Numbered from the stretch's first letter, positions 7,643 to 17,802 are shown. The stretch: DNA of 30,887 bases from Clostridia bacterium (GCA_045617125.1 JAZLIA010000043.1:1-30887), one strand, 5' to 3'. The notes: a model not told the origin generated them from the letters alone. Translations and numbers: made by a program.

Positions 7643-8188
7643 ATGAACATCACTGTTTACCTCGGTTCCTCCGGTGAAAACAATGCCCGTATCGCCGAAT
7701 GCACAAGGCAGCTTGGAGCCTGGATCGGCTCCCGCGGTCACACGCTGGTATTCGGAGGGTCAAAAACCGGCCTGATGGGCGTTCTGTGCAACAGCGTGCT
7801 TTCAAGCGGCGGCAGGGTGATCGGCGTGATCCCTGATGTGCCGATGATCCTGGAACGCATTCATCCTTCCCTCACAGAACGGATCATGGTGGAGGATATG
7901 GCTGAACGAAGAAAACGCATGATCCAGCTGGGCGACGCTTTCATTGCCCTTCCGGGAGGCATTGGCACGCTGGACGAGATCACCGAGGTGATCACCCTGA
8001 TGCGTCTTGAGCAGCTTAACGCCCCCTGTGTGATGCTGGGGCCGGATGGGTTCTGGCTTCCCTTTCAGAAAATGTGCGATGAAATGGAAAAAAGTGGGTT
8101 TCTTCCCGGCAATCTCACCGGGCAGGTCTTCTTTACGGACAGCGTGGAAACAGCCTCTCAGAAGATCGAAAAAGCGGGACAAATCTGA
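7643..8188 (+). CDS. LOG-family (TIGR00730-type) nucleotide 5'-monophosphate N-glycosidase
   Basis: 181 aa. Hallmark motifs GGSKTGLMG and PGGIGTLDEITE. It starts 16 nt after the preceding stop. Confidence 0.8.
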   Translation: MNITVYLGSSGENNARIAECTRQLGAWIGSRGHTLVFGGSKTGLMGVLCNSVLSSGGRVIGVIPDVPMILERIHPSLTERIMVEDMAERRKRMIQLGDAFIALPGGIGTLDEITEVITLMRLEQLNAPCVMLGPDGFWLPFQKMCDEMEKSGFLPGNLTGQVFFTDSVETASQKIEKAGQI

Positions 8189-8321
8189 TTCTTCCCGTGA
8201 CAGATGAAACCGAGAAATGCGGTTTTGAGCCCTTTTCTCTTTTCATTTTTTCAAAACAAACCTATGCTTGTTTCTGCGGTGCGCTTTATGCACGCAGAAT
8301 GATGACGAACGGAGGTCCTTC

Positions 8322-11204
8322 ATGAATATCAATGTAAATGACCGTCTCCACGGCTTCACCGTTACCCGCATCCGCGAAAACAGCGAGATCCGCGGCCGGA
8401 TGGTGGAAATGACCTTTGACAAAACCGGCACAGAGCTGGTGTGGATCGACAACGGCGAAGAAAACAAGCTGTTTTCCATCACCTTCCGCACCCTGCCCGA
8501 AAACAGCACCGGTGTGTTTCACATTCTGGAGCATTCCACTCTTTGCGGCAGCAAAAAATTCCCGGTGAGGGAACCCTTTGTGGAATTGCTCAAATCTAGC
8601 ATGAACACCTTCCTGAATGCGATGACCTTTCAGGATAAAACGATGTATCCCGTATCCAGCCGCAACGACAAGGATTATATGAACCTCACCGAGGTCTATC
8701 TGGACGCGGTTTTTGCTCCCCGTCTGCTTACCGACCCCAACATTTTCTATCAGGAAGGCTGGCACATTGAAGCAGACGAAAACAAAGAGTTTTCCTACAA
8801 GGGCGTTGTGTTCAACGAAATGAAGGGCGCAATGAGCGGAGCGGACCGGGTGATCGGCGAAAAAGTGAACAGCATGCTTTATCCCGACAACAGCTACGGC
8901 TTCAATTCCGGCGGGGACCCCGCCTGCATTCCGGACCTGAGCTACGAAATGTTCTGCGACACCTATCGCCGTTTCTATCATCCTTCCAACGCCAAGGTGT
9001 TCCTGGACGGCAATGTGCCCCTGGAAAAGGTTCTGACACTGCTGGAAGAATATCTTTCTCCCTTCGACAGGGCTCCTGTTCCCCAGCCTGTGATGCAGTG
9101 CCCGAAGGGCGGCGAAGATACGATCGAGTTTGAAGTGGCTGCAAACGAATCCCTGAAAGATCGTTCCCGCCTTTCTCTGGCCCGGCTCGTTGGCAGCTGG
9201 CAGGATGACAAAGCCCGCATTCTGGGCCTTTCGCTTATCACCGATGTGCTGTGCGGCAGCAATGAATCGCCTCTCAAGCGGGCTGTGCTGGAAAGCGGTC
9301 TGGCTCAGGATATCAACATGTATGCTGACGACAGCAACGCCCAGATCCAGTTGGAAACGGATATCGTCAACATCAAGGATGGCTGCGAGGAACAGGTGAA
9401 AAACCTGGTTTTCGACACCATGGCCGATCTGATCAGGAAAGGACTGGACAGGGACGCCCTCACCGCCAGCCTGAACCGCAACGCGTTCCGCGTGCGGGAG
9501 GGCCAGGAGCCCCAGGGCCTCATCCGCTGCATCTCTGCTTTGTCCGGCTGCTGGCTGTTTGGCGGCGACCCGATGGAAGCCATGGTATATGACGAAACGA
9601 TCCGCCGCCTGCGTGTGATGATCGGGGACGGCTCTATGGACCGGCTGGCTGAGGAAATGCTGCTCACCCGTGAAAATCTGGTGACGGTGTATGCCCACCC
9701 CTCCTATGATGCCGGTGAAAAGCTGCGGCAGGCCGAAAAAGCCCGGCTTGACGCGGTGAAAGCCGCCATGACTGAGCAGGAAATACAGGAGCTGAACGAA
9801 AGAAATGAAAAGCTGACCTCCTGGCAGGCCACTCCCGATTCTGTGGAAGCGCTTGCCACCCTGCCCACGCTCACTTTGAAGGATGTAAGCAGCGAACCCC
9901 GTCACGTGGAAACCGTATGCGGAGAAGAGCAGGGCGTGCTTACCCTGTTCCATCCCGTCAACTGCCACGGCATCAAATATCTGAATCTCTACTTCAATAT
10001 TTCCGACACCCGTTATGAGGACCTGCCCGCCCTGCATTTCGCAGGTTCCCTCTTCGGCGTTCTGCCCACAGAAAAGTACGATGCACAGCTTCTGGAGCAG
10101 GAGATCAAAAATATCTTCGGCCGCCTCACCTTCTCGGTGACGCCCCGTATGACCGATATCGACAAGAAGACCGGTGCGCTGCAATTGCAGATCCACGCCA
10201 GTGTGCTGGATGATAACCTGGAGAAGGCCCAGGAGCTGATCTGCGAGATCCTGTTCAACACCCGCTTTGACTGTCACGACCGTATACGTGAAATGATCCT
10301 TCAGGAGGAGGAAGCCAGTAAGCAGGCCGGCGCCCAGGCAGGACACGTTATTGCCATCACTGCCGCCGGTTCTCACTTCTCCCCCATCGCCGCGGCCAAC
10401 GAAGCCCTTTCCGGCTACACCGGCATGCAGTATCTTCACGCACTGGCAGCGGATTTTGACAGCGGCATCGACCGTTTTGAGCAGATCTACCGTTCCCTCA
10501 CAGCCAATGCCTTCTGCCGCGCACGGCTTACAGTGAGCGTTTCCGGTACGGAGAACGCGGCGCTTTCCCTGCTGCTTTCCAAACTGCCCGAAGGAGAGAA
10601 AGCCCCTGAAGAGATCCGCTATGTTTCCGCTCTTCCCATGAAGCTGGGCCTGCGCACCCCTGCCCAGATCAGCTTCGCCGTGAAAAGCTGCACGCTCAGC
10701 AGCTGCGGCTTTACCTACGACGGCAGCATGGGCGTTGCCTCCAACATTCTTACTCTCGCCTATCTTTGGAACCGGGTGCGTGTTCAGGGCGGCGCCTACG
10801 GCACAGGCTTCAGGGCTGCTCACGGCGGCGCGGTGTTTGCCTATTCCTTCCGTGATCCCACTCCTGAAAAATCCCTGCAGGTCTACAGCGAGATGGGCGG
10901 CTTCATACGTGAATTTGCTTCCTCCGCCCCTGTGATCGACAATTTCATCATTTCCACCATTGCTGAAACAGAACCGCTCATCGGTCCCCGCGAACAGGGA
11001 CAGGCAGCCGACAACAATTACTTCAGCCATATCACGCTGGAAAGAGAGCGGGCCGTGCTCAGGCAGATGCTGGCCGCCACTCCCGATAAGCTGCGCGAGT
11101 TTGCGGATGTGCTGGATCAGTATAATGAAAAAGGCGCGTTATGCGTCGTGGGACACGATGCCGCGCTGAAAGCCTGTGAAGGCCTGGAAATATTCGACCT
11201 GTAA
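8322..11204 (+). CDS. M16C-family zinc metallopeptidase (PreP/insulinase-like, ~960 aa)
   Basis: Start MNINVNDRLHGF, with GGAGG at 8311-8315. Inverted zinc motif HILEHS (HxxEH). The FLNAMTFQDKTMYPV segment and overall size are typical of the PreP-like M16C family. Confidence 0.85.
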   Translation: MNINVNDRLHGFTVTRIRENSEIRGRMVEMTFDKTGTELVWIDNGEENKLFSITFRTLPENSTGVFHILEHSTLCGSKKFPVREPFVELLKSSMNTFLNAMTFQDKTMYPVSSRNDKDYMNLTEVYLDAVFAPRLLTDPNIFYQEGWHIEADENKEFSYKGVVFNEMKGAMSGADRVIGEKVNSMLYPDNSYGFNSGGDPACIPDLSYEMFCDTYRRFYHPSNAKVFLDGNVPLEKVLTLLEEYLSPFDRAPVPQPVMQCPKGGEDTIEFEVAANESLKDRSRLSLARLVGSWQDDKARILGLSLITDVLCGSNESPLKRAVLESGLAQDINMYADDSNAQIQLETDIVNIKDGCEEQVKNLVFDTMADLIRKGLDRDALTASLNRNAFRVREGQEPQGLIRCISALSGCWLFGGDPMEAMVYDETIRRLRVMIGDGSMDRLAEEMLLTRENLVTVYAHPSYDAGEKLRQAEKARLDAVKAAMTEQEIQELNERNEKLTSWQATPDSVEALATLPTLTLKDVSSEPRHVETVCGEEQGVLTLFHPVNCHGIKYLNLYFNISDTRYEDLPALHFAGSLFGVLPTEKYDAQLLEQEIKNIFGRLTFSVTPRMTDIDKKTGALQLQIHASVLDDNLEKAQELICEILFNTRFDCHDRIREMILQEEEASKQAGAQAGHVIAITAAGSHFSPIAAANEALSGYTGMQYLHALAADFDSGIDRFEQIYRSLTANAFCRARLTVSVSGTENAALSLLLSKLPEGEKAPEEIRYVSALPMKLGLRTPAQISFAVKSCTLSSCGFTYDGSMGVASNILTLAYLWNRVRVQGGAYGTGFRAAHGGAVFAYSFRDPTPEKSLQVYSEMGGFIREFASSAPVIDNFIISTIAETEPLIGPREQGQAADNNYFSHITLERERAVLRQMLAATPDKLREFADVLDQYNEKGALCVVGHDAALKACEGLEIFDL

Positions 11205-11208
11205 AGCC

Positions 11209-11232
11209 GGATGCTTTCATCCCATGCTTTTT
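11209..11232 (+). terminator. Weak terminator-like hairpin after the peptidase gene
   Basis: GGATG, loop cttt, CATCC, followed by CATGCTTTTT. The stem is only 5 bp. Confidence 0.3.
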
Positions 11233-11237
11233 CCGTA

Positions 11238-11275
11238 CCGGTTCCGCGGTGGCACTGATGTCATCGCGGAACCGG
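11238..11275. terminator. Perfect 11-bp inverted repeat between convergent genes (possible bidirectional terminator or stabiliser hairpin)
   Basis: CCGGTTCCGCG, 16-nt loop, CGCGGAACCGG. There is no clear U-tract on either side. Confidence 0.4.
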
Positions 11276-11308
11276 ACGGATCAACGGTGTTTTCCCGAAT
11301 CTCTCATT

Positions 11309-11749
11309 TCAAAAAAGGAACGTATCATTCCTTTTTTCTTTTTCGTCAGCAGTATCGATGCTGGCCCTGAACACAAAGAACCGGTCATACAGATACTCCA
11401 GCACAAAATTGATCACCATGTTGATAGCCGTTACCAGGTATTCGTTCCATCCAGATCGCGTAAGCGCATCCTCAAGCAGCATACTGAGCGGAGTGAATAC
11501 CGCATAGAACCCAAGCACCTTCATCATGGCCACAGGCACATTTGCTGCCGAATGGAACGTGAAGCGGCGGTTGAAGGTGAAATTCCATATCACGCTCAGC
11601 ACCAGCGCGATCCCATAGCTGAGCCAGTAAGGCCAATGCAGCGTTTCGTTGAGCAGCGTGAAGCTGAGAAGCTGGATCACCCCCGCTGATATGGAGAACA
11701 GCAAAAATTTCAAACTGCGCAGCAGTTCTTTTTTTCGATTTTCAATCAA
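11309..11749 (-). CDS. GtrA-family membrane protein
   Basis: 146 aa, TTG start at 11749 with AAAGGAG 10 nt upstream. Four TM helices and the GtrA-like pattern FLLFSISAGVIQL...WNFTFNRRFTF...FVLEYLYDRFFVF. Confidence 0.75.
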   Translation of the reverse strand: MIENRKKELLRSLKFLLFSISAGVIQLLSFTLLNETLHWPYWLSYGIALVLSVIWNFTFNRRFTFHSAANVPVAMMKVLGFYAVFTPLSMLLEDALTRSGWNEYLVTAINMVINFVLEYLYDRFFVFRASIDTADEKEKRNDTFLF

Positions 11750-11832
11750 AACAGATCATCTCCTTTCTTCCCCTATTATACTTCTGTTTTTTGAAAATGA
11801 ACACGATTTATTCCGTATTCGGAGGGAACATC

Positions 11833-14073
11833 ATGAAGAAAACAAAGATCCTGCTTATTCTCGCACTCTTGATATTCCTTTTGAGCGGCTGCAGCATGGA
11901 GAAAAAAGAGATCCTGTCCATCTCGGACGTAAAAGATGAGGCCCTCTCCGTCGCCCTGGCTGATGATCTTGATCAGCAGACCTGTGTGCTGAACGTGTGC
12001 CCGAAGGCACAGATCGTTTCACAAAATGATGATCTTCTTGGTATGCTTTCTGTTTCCGAAGGGAAAGTCGATGCCTCCGTTCAGGGCCGGGACTATCTTG
12101 AAAGAGCGATCCGTGAGACCGGGGTCAGCAATGTCCGGATCCTGGAGGAACCCATCCTCACCTATCAGTGTGCGCTGGGGCTCTCCAGGCTGTGCGCGAT
12201 CCCGGATTTTGAGAAAACAGTCAATGAAACGCTGGAATCCTTCATCCTGGATGGAACAATGGAAGATATGCAGCGCCGCTGGCATGAACAGAACGAGCTG
12301 CAGATGCCGGATATCAAGCTGGATGATGATCCTGTCTGGGTGCTGAATGCTGTGACGAACGGAGATACTCCGCCCTTTTCATTTATGAAGGACGGTCAGC
12401 TGACCGGTTCTGACATTGAGATCTTATACCGCATCTGTGCTCAGAACCACTGGGGGCTGAACCTGAGCAGCGCGCAGTATCCCGCCATGCTGATGGGGCT
12501 GTCGACCGGAAAATACGATATTATTTCCGCAGGCCTCTATGTGACTGAAGAACGCGCCGAAAATGTCATTTTTTCTGTTCCCGTCCGGTCTGAAGAGCTC
12601 GTCATGGCAGTGCGGGACGAAACCGCGGAAAGCTCGCCTGTGCAGACCTTCTCTTCCATTTCGGATCTGAAAAACGCGAAAAGCTTTGCCATTCTGACCG
12701 GCTCGATCTTTGACTCCGTGATCAAAGAACATTTCCCACAGGCGAAGATACAGTATTACCCCACTCCGGTCGACGCCGCGATCACGGTTGCCAAGGGGAA
12801 AGCCGATGCGGCGATCCATGACGCACCCTTGATGGAATATATTTCCGCCTGTACGGACGGAACGGTTTTGCTCCCGGAGGTCCTGATGCAGGAAGACTAT
12901 TATTTCATTCTTTCCCCATCCGAACGCGGAAGCAAGCTGCAGAAAGAGTTCAACGAATGGCTCGCTGCGCAGAAACAAAGCGGCGAGGTGCAGCGGATGT
13001 ATGATTTCTGGTGCAGCAAAGAAGAACCGGAAACCGTCCTTGATTTTTCCGAGCTGCCCGATATCAACGGACACCTCCACCTTGCTACCGATGCGGTCGG
13101 CCGTCCCGACGCATTCTATTTTAACAACAGTCCGGCCGGGTTCCCGGTGGAACTGATCTACCGCTTCTGCCGCGACAGAGGATACGCGGCGGATCTGGCC
13201 ACGATCAACTTTAGCGGAGCCATTCCTTCCCTTGTTGTGGGAAAGACCGATATGTTTATCGCATTCCTTTCCTATACTGAGGAAAGGGCCCAGAGCGTTC
13301 TTTATACGGATCCCATCGTCACAGGCGGAATCGGCATTCTGGTGCGCGCACCGGAAGAACACGAAAATACGTCTTTCCTCAGTGTGATCCGGGATGGATT
13401 GGAAAAGACCTTCATCAAAGAAAACCGCTGGAAGCTCACATTATCCGGCCTTGGCGTCACCTTCCTGATCACAGCCGCGGGGTTCCTGCTGGCTAATCTC
13501 CTGGGAGCCGGTCTCTGTGCCTGCATGATGTCGCGTCACAGAGGGCCCCGGATCCTTGCCGACGGTTTCGACCGCATCATGCAGGGCACGCCCATGGTCG
13601 TCATCCTGATGGTGCTGTATTATATCATTTTCGGCAAATCCAGCATTTCCGGCATCTGGGTCGCAGTGGTCGCCTTCGGTATGAACAGCGGCGCCTCCCT
13701 CGCGCGTTTGTTTTACGGCGCGGTCACCGAAGTGGACCGCGGGCAGAGAGAAGCAGCCCTGGCCATTGGCTTCACCAAGTTTGAGACCTTCAAGGGCATC
13801 GTGATCCCGCAGGCAGCGCGCACAGCGCTCTCCGGCTATTTCAGCGAGATCATCAGTCTCATGAAAGGCTCCGCCATCGTCGGCTATATCGCAGTCACGG
13901 ATCTCACCAAGGCAGGTGATCTGATCCGCAGCAGCACCTATGATGCCTTTTTCCCGCTTCTCTCGGTTGCGCTGATCTATTTCCTGATCTCCTTTGCGAT
14001 CCTTTCCCTTCTGAAATTGATTCAAAAAAAGCTTGAACCGAAGCGTGCGGTTTCAAAGGAGGCGGAAAAATGA
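11833..14073 (+). CDS. Amino-acid ABC transporter, fused lipoprotein substrate-binding domains plus permease
   Basis: Start [20 protein letters not shown] (lipobox), with GGAGGG upstream. Family-3 SBP-like segments are followed by a His/Glu/Gln/Arg-type permease with the EAA loop [22 protein letters not shown]. Confidence 0.8.
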   Translation: MKKTKILLILALLIFLLSGCSMEKKEILSISDVKDEALSVALADDLDQQTCVLNVCPKAQIVSQNDDLLGMLSVSEGKVDASVQGRDYLERAIRETGVSNVRILEEPILTYQCALGLSRLCAIPDFEKTVNETLESFILDGTMEDMQRRWHEQNELQMPDIKLDDDPVWVLNAVTNGDTPPFSFMKDGQLTGSDIEILYRICAQNHWGLNLSSAQYPAMLMGLSTGKYDIISAGLYVTEERAENVIFSVPVRSEELVMAVRDETAESSPVQTFSSISDLKNAKSFAILTGSIFDSVIKEHFPQAKIQYYPTPVDAAITVAKGKADAAIHDAPLMEYISACTDGTVLLPEVLMQEDYYFILSPSERGSKLQKEFNEWLAAQKQSGEVQRMYDFWCSKEEPETVLDFSELPDINGHLHLATDAVGRPDAFYFNNSPAGFPVELIYRFCRDRGYAADLATINFSGAIPSLVVGKTDMFIAFLSYTEERAQSVLYTDPIVTGGIGILVRAPEEHENTSFLSVIRDGLEKTFIKENRWKLTLSGLGVTFLITAAGFLLANLLGAGLCACMMSRHRGPRILADGFDRIMQGTPMVVILMVLYYIIFGKSSISGIWVAVVAFGMNSGASLARLFYGAVTEVDRGQREAALAIGFTKFETFKGIVIPQAARTALSGYFSEIISLMKGSAIVGYIAVTDLTKAGDLIRSSTYDAFFPLLSVALIYFLISFAILSLLKLIQKKLEPKRAVSKEAEK

Positions 14074-15143
14074 TCACCGTATCCCATCTGAGAAAAGAAT
14101 ATCCCCATGCCGTACCGCTCAAGGATGTATGCGCCGAGATCAAAAAAGGCGAGGTCATCTCCATCATCGGGCCTTCGGGCACAGGCAAATCCACCTTCCT
14201 TCGCGCCATCAATATGCTGGACCCGCCCACTTCCGGTCAGATCTTCATTGACGGGGAGGAGATCACCGCCCCCGACTGCAGGCTGAACCTCGTGCGCCGC
14301 AAAATGGGCATGGTGTTCCAGTCATTCAATCTTTTCAAACACATGAACGTGCTGGAAAACATCACCTACGGCCCGATAAAGCTGCTTGGTCTGTCAAAAA
14401 AGGAAGCCGAAGAACGCGCTCTGGAGCTTCTGAAAACCGTCAGTCTTCCAGATAAAGCCTATTCCTACCCGGATGAGCTTTCCGGCGGTCAGAAACAGCG
14501 GATCGCCATTGCCAGAACACTGGCAATGGAACCGGAGATCATTCTGTTTGACGAGCCCACCTCCGCGCTGGATCCCACGATGGTCGGCGAAGTGCTTGCC
14601 GTGATCAGGATGCTTGCCCGGAAAAACATGACGATGATGATCGTTACGCACGAAATGAAATTTGCCCGTGACGTATCCACACGCGTTTTCTATATGGACC
14701 AGGGCGTGATCTATGAGGAAGGGACACCCGAGCAGATCTTTGATCACCCGCAGAAAGAGCGTACAAAGCGCTTTATCCGCCGCTGCAAGGTGTTGGAAAA
14801 GCAGATCAAACGCGAAACCTTTGATTTTCTGGGTTTCAATGGAGAGATCGAGACCTTTGGACGCAAAAATCTCCTCAGTCAGAAGGATATTTATTCTGTC
14901 GAATCCATCTTTGAGGAATTGTGCGTAACAGCCCTCCTGCCGAAGATTCCGGAGTTTTCCTTTGTTCTGGAATATTCCGAGCAGGAAGGAAGCACAGAAA
15001 TACTGATCAGTTATGCCGGTGAAAAGTGGAACCCCATGGGGCAAATGGAACCCGTTTCCCAAAAACTGCTGGAGCATCACTGTTCCAGGATCGACCTGGA
15101 ATATACAGACGGTGAAAACCGCATCCGCATCCTTGTAAGGTAA
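14070..15143 (+). CDS. Amino-acid ABC transporter ATP-binding protein with a ~110-aa C-terminal extension
   Basis: ATGA overlap with the permease stop, and AAAGGAGG upstream. Walker [10 protein letters not shown], signature LSGGQKQR, Walker [14 protein letters not shown]-loop VTHEM. The NBD ends near residue 245 and the remainder is unassigned. Confidence 0.85.
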   Translation: MITVSHLRKEYPHAVPLKDVCAEIKKGEVISIIGPSGTGKSTFLRAINMLDPPTSGQIFIDGEEITAPDCRLNLVRRKMGMVFQSFNLFKHMNVLENITYGPIKLLGLSKKEAEERALELLKTVSLPDKAYSYPDELSGGQKQRIAIARTLAMEPEIILFDEPTSALDPTMVGEVLAVIRMLARKNMTMMIVTHEMKFARDVSTRVFYMDQGVIYEEGTPEQIFDHPQKERTKRFIRRCKVLEKQIKRETFDFLGFNGEIETFGRKNLLSQKDIYSVESIFEELCVTALLPKIPEFSFVLEYSEQEGSTEILISYAGEKWNPMGQMEPVSQKLLEHHCSRIDLEYTDGENRIRILVR

Positions 15144-15183
15144 ATGAAAAGCGGCCAGAAGTTATCATAACAGAACAGCCATT

Positions 15184-17103
15184 TCAGCAGTCTGCCAGCT
15201 CCTCCCAGGCAAGATACATATTGTCGATCTCCTGCTGAAGCGCGTGCTTTTCCGCTTCCAGCTGCTGCAGCTTTTCGTAATCGGTGGCCACTGCCTCCAT
15301 TTTTTCATCATAGCCAAGGAGAAGCTCCTCTTTACGGGCGATCTCCCTTTCCAGGGCGTCCATGCGGCGCACCTGCTTCGCGTCCCGGTTTTTCCGGGGC
15401 GCGTTTTCACTTGCTTTCACACTTTCCTGCCTGGGTTCCGGGGTGCGCTTTAACTCCTTTTTCCCGGCGCTTCGCTTTTCGTTTTCTTCCTTGATGCGCT
15501 CCATCTGCCGTATGCTGAGGAAGCGCTCCCAGTCACAATCCGGATAATCCGTGAAGTTGTTTTCTCCCAACAGCCATATATGATTGGCAAACCGGCGCAC
15601 AAAATAACGGTCGTGCGACACAAACAGCAGCGTGCCCTCAAACGCCCCCACCGCTTCCTCGATCCACTCACGGGAGTCGATATCCAGATGGTTGGTGGGT
15701 TCATCCAACACCAGAAAATTGGCCCGGGACAGCATGATGATGCACATCATCAGCCTGGAACGCTCCCCGCCTGAAAGCTGCAACACCTGCTTGAACTGGT
15801 CCTCCTGTGAAAAACGAAAAGCTCCTAGCCGGTCCCGCGCCTCCTGGGGCGAACAGGCGGTCTCGTAAAGCAAGGTGTCATAAAGCGTGCGTTCAGGGTG
15901 GGCAAATTCCACCTTCTGAGGCAGATACGCCGTTTTCACAGAGGGGCCCATGCGCACGACCCCTCCATCCGGCACAAGCAACCCCAGCAGCATTTGGATA
16001 AGCGTACTCTTTCCCGTGCCGTTGGGGCCAATCAGGGCTACCCGTTCCCCATTCCCGCGAATTGCAAGCGAAACATCGCTGATCACCGGGCGTGCGTCAA
16101 AACATTTCACAAGATGCTCCGCGCGAAGCACAAAATCCGCCCGCATTTTTTCCGAAGCAAAGCCCTGCCGCAGCTTTTCATCCCGAACAGGCCGGTCGGT
16201 CTGCTGAATGCGTTCCACTCGTTTTTCCATCGCGGCGGCCTTCTTGTGCAGGGCCGGGTTATCATACACCGAGCCCCACGCCTTGAGCCGGGCGATCTGG
16301 AATTCCAATTGCTTCACCTTGCTCTGTTCCCGGTTGTACATCTCCAGCTGCTGCTGATATCTCAGTTCCCTCTCTTTCACATAAAAGGAATAATTGCCGC
16401 TGTAAAAGGACGCCCTCCCCCGGAAGATCTCGATCACGCGCTGCGCGGTGATATCCAGAAAGTAACGGTCATGGCTCACCATGATCACGGTACCCTTGAA
16501 ATGCTGAAGATAATCCTCCAGCCATTCCAGGCTCTGCATATCCAGATGGTTGGTGGGCTCATCCAGAAGCAGAATATCCGGCCGTTCCATGATCATCTTG
16601 GCCAGGTTCACCCGGGTCTGCTCCCCGCCGGAAAGGGTGTCAAAACGGCGCGCACGCATAGCAGCATCAATATTCAACCCGCCTGCTATGCGCAGATATT
16701 CGCTTTCCCAGTTATAGCCGCCCGCTGCTTCAAAACGCCGCAGGGCCGCATCATAGCGGGCAGCGGATATGTTTTCCATGCTGCTGTGCATCTGCTCCAG
16801 CTCCCGGGCGCTGCCGATCACGTCGCTGTAGGCGCTTTTCAGCACTTCCTCCACCGTTCCTAAATTGATCTCGGTGTTCATCTGCTTCACATACCCAATG
16901 CGGGCCCCGCGGCTCACGCTGATGCTGCCCTGATCCGGCGTAAGCTCGCCGGTAAGCAGGCGCAGCAGGGTTGTTTTTCCGCAGCCATTGCCTCCCAGGA
17001 TCGCCACATGCTCTCCCCGGTCGATCCTGAAAGAAATGCCGTCCAGAATACGCCGGTCCTGTTCAAAGCTGATGGTAAGATCGTTCACTGTGATTTCCGC
17101 CAT
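15184..17103 (-). CDS. ABC-F family ATPase (ribosome-associated translation factor or protection type), 639 aa
   Basis: Start MAEITVNDLTISF at 17103. Two NBDs with no TMD: Walker A GGNGCGKTT and GPNGTGKST, signatures LSGGEQ and LSGGER, Walker B LLLDEPTNHLD and LVLDEPTNHLD. The inter-NBD linker is ~85 aa. The C-terminal tail is charged and coiled-coil. Confidence 0.85.
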   Translation of the reverse strand: MAEITVNDLTISFEQDRRILDGISFRIDRGEHVAILGGNGCGKTTLLRLLTGELTPDQGSISVSRGARIGYVKQMNTEINLGTVEEVLKSAYSDVIGSARELEQMHSSMENISAARYDAALRRFEAAGGYNWESEYLRIAGGLNIDAAMRARRFDTLSGGEQTRVNLAKMIMERPDILLLDEPTNHLDMQSLEWLEDYLQHFKGTVIMVSHDRYFLDITAQRVIEIFRGRASFYSGNYSFYVKERELRYQQQLEMYNREQSKVKQLEFQIARLKAWGSVYDNPALHKKAAAMEKRVERIQQTDRPVRDEKLRQGFASEKMRADFVLRAEHLVKCFDARPVISDVSLAIRGNGERVALIGPNGTGKSTLIQMLLGLLVPDGGVVRMGPSVKTAYLPQKVEFAHPERTLYDTLLYETACSPQEARDRLGAFRFSQEDQFKQVLQLSGGERSRLMMCIIMLSRANFLVLDEPTNHLDIDSREWIEEAVGAFEGTLLFVSHDRYFVRRFANHIWLLGENNFTDYPDCDWERFLSIRQMERIKEENEKRSAGKKELKRTPEPRQESVKASENAPRKNRDAKQVRRMDALEREIARKEELLLGYDEKMEAVATDYEKLQQLEAEKHALQQEIDNMYLAWEELADC

Positions 17104-17175
17104 GTTTCCCCCGTATCTCCAATAACACCGGAACGCCGAAAAACTGCCCCGGGGCCCGTTCATGAACCGCCTGCT

Positions 17176-17802
17176 TTATTCCCGTATGCAGATTCCCAGC
17201 AGCACAGCCAGCAGGGCCGCCTGATCGCGGGTGACGATAAGACCCCTCAAGTCCTCCGGACGCACGGTGATCCCATCCAGAATATCCGTTCGCATATCCA
17301 GTCCCGCAAGCGAGGTATAAGCAAACACCGCCCCCGTCATATCGCAGCCGGTGAAGGCTGCGTTTTTCATTTTCAGCTGTTCCAGAGCCGCTTCCCTCAT
17401 CAGCGTGTTTTCAAACAACACGTGTTCCAGCCGGCTCTCTGAAAGATTGATCAGCTCCGCCTTGCAGGAAACAAAGCGCGCATCCCGAAGCAGGGCGCTG
17501 TTCAGATCGCTTCCCGTAAGGCGGCAGGAGGTGAACCTTACCCTGTGCAGCACCGCTTCTTCCATTCGGCAGTTATCCATTTCACATTTTTCAAATAAGC
17601 AGTCGGTAAACCCGGCGCGTGCAAGATCCTGCCCCGAAAAACGGCAGCGGCGAAAAACACACTGCCGCCATTCCCGTCCCTGCAGCTCCTCTCCGGTCAA
17701 GTCCTGTTCCTCCAGCAAAATGTTCTCAACGGTGTCTTCCTCCTGCCAGACGGAAAACGCTTTTTCCGTTCCGGACAGCATGGGTTCCTGTATTCCGGCC
17801 AT
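17176..17802 (-). CDS. Pentapeptide-repeat protein, Qnr/MfpA-like (208 aa)
   Basis: Nearly continuous A(D/N)LxX-type pentapeptides (CVFRRCRFSGQDLARAGFTDCLFEKCEMDNCRMEE...FTSCRLTGSDLNSALLRDARFVSC...). The C-terminal DQAALLAVLLGICI resembles the QASLLMERLGIAVI end of QnrB. The size matches Qnr and EfsQnr. The start is uncertain because the SD-to-ATG spacing is 12 nt. Confidence 0.75.
   Translation of the reverse strand: MAGIQEPMLSGTEKAFSVWQEEDTVENILLEEQDLTGEELQGREWRQCVFRRCRFSGQDLARAGFTDCLFEKCEMDNCRMEEAVLHRVRFTSCRLTGSDLNSALLRDARFVSCKAELINLSESRLEHVLFENTLMREAALEQLKMKNAAFTGCDMTGAVFAYTSLAGLDMRTDILDGITVRPEDLRGLIVTRDQAALLAVLLGICIRE

Noticed and set aside
8286-11030. Very long ORFs antisense to nearly every real gene. 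Examples: 914 aa at 8286-11030(-), 410 aa at 1082-2314(-), 340 aa at 2639-3661(-), 407 aa at 28348-29571(-), 400 aa at 29531-30733(-), 367 aa at 25899-27002(+), 353 aa at 18061-19122(+).
   Set aside because: In every case I checked, the antisense ORF shares exact codon boundaries with the sense gene (same coordinate modulo 3). Its stop codons could therefore arise only from sense TTA, CTA or TCA codons, which this genome evidently avoids. The predicted proteins are G/A/V/H/D/R-rich low-complexity sequences with no motifs, start-site signals or SDs. These are shadow ORFs, not overlapping genes.
17104-17175. CCCCGGGG-containing hairpin followed by TTTTT (minus strand) between the pentapeptide-repeat gene and the ABC-F gene, as a possible terminator or attenuator.
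   Set aside because: The usable stem is only ~3 bp with a 4-nt loop, which is too weak to call. The two genes are treated as probably co-transcribed.
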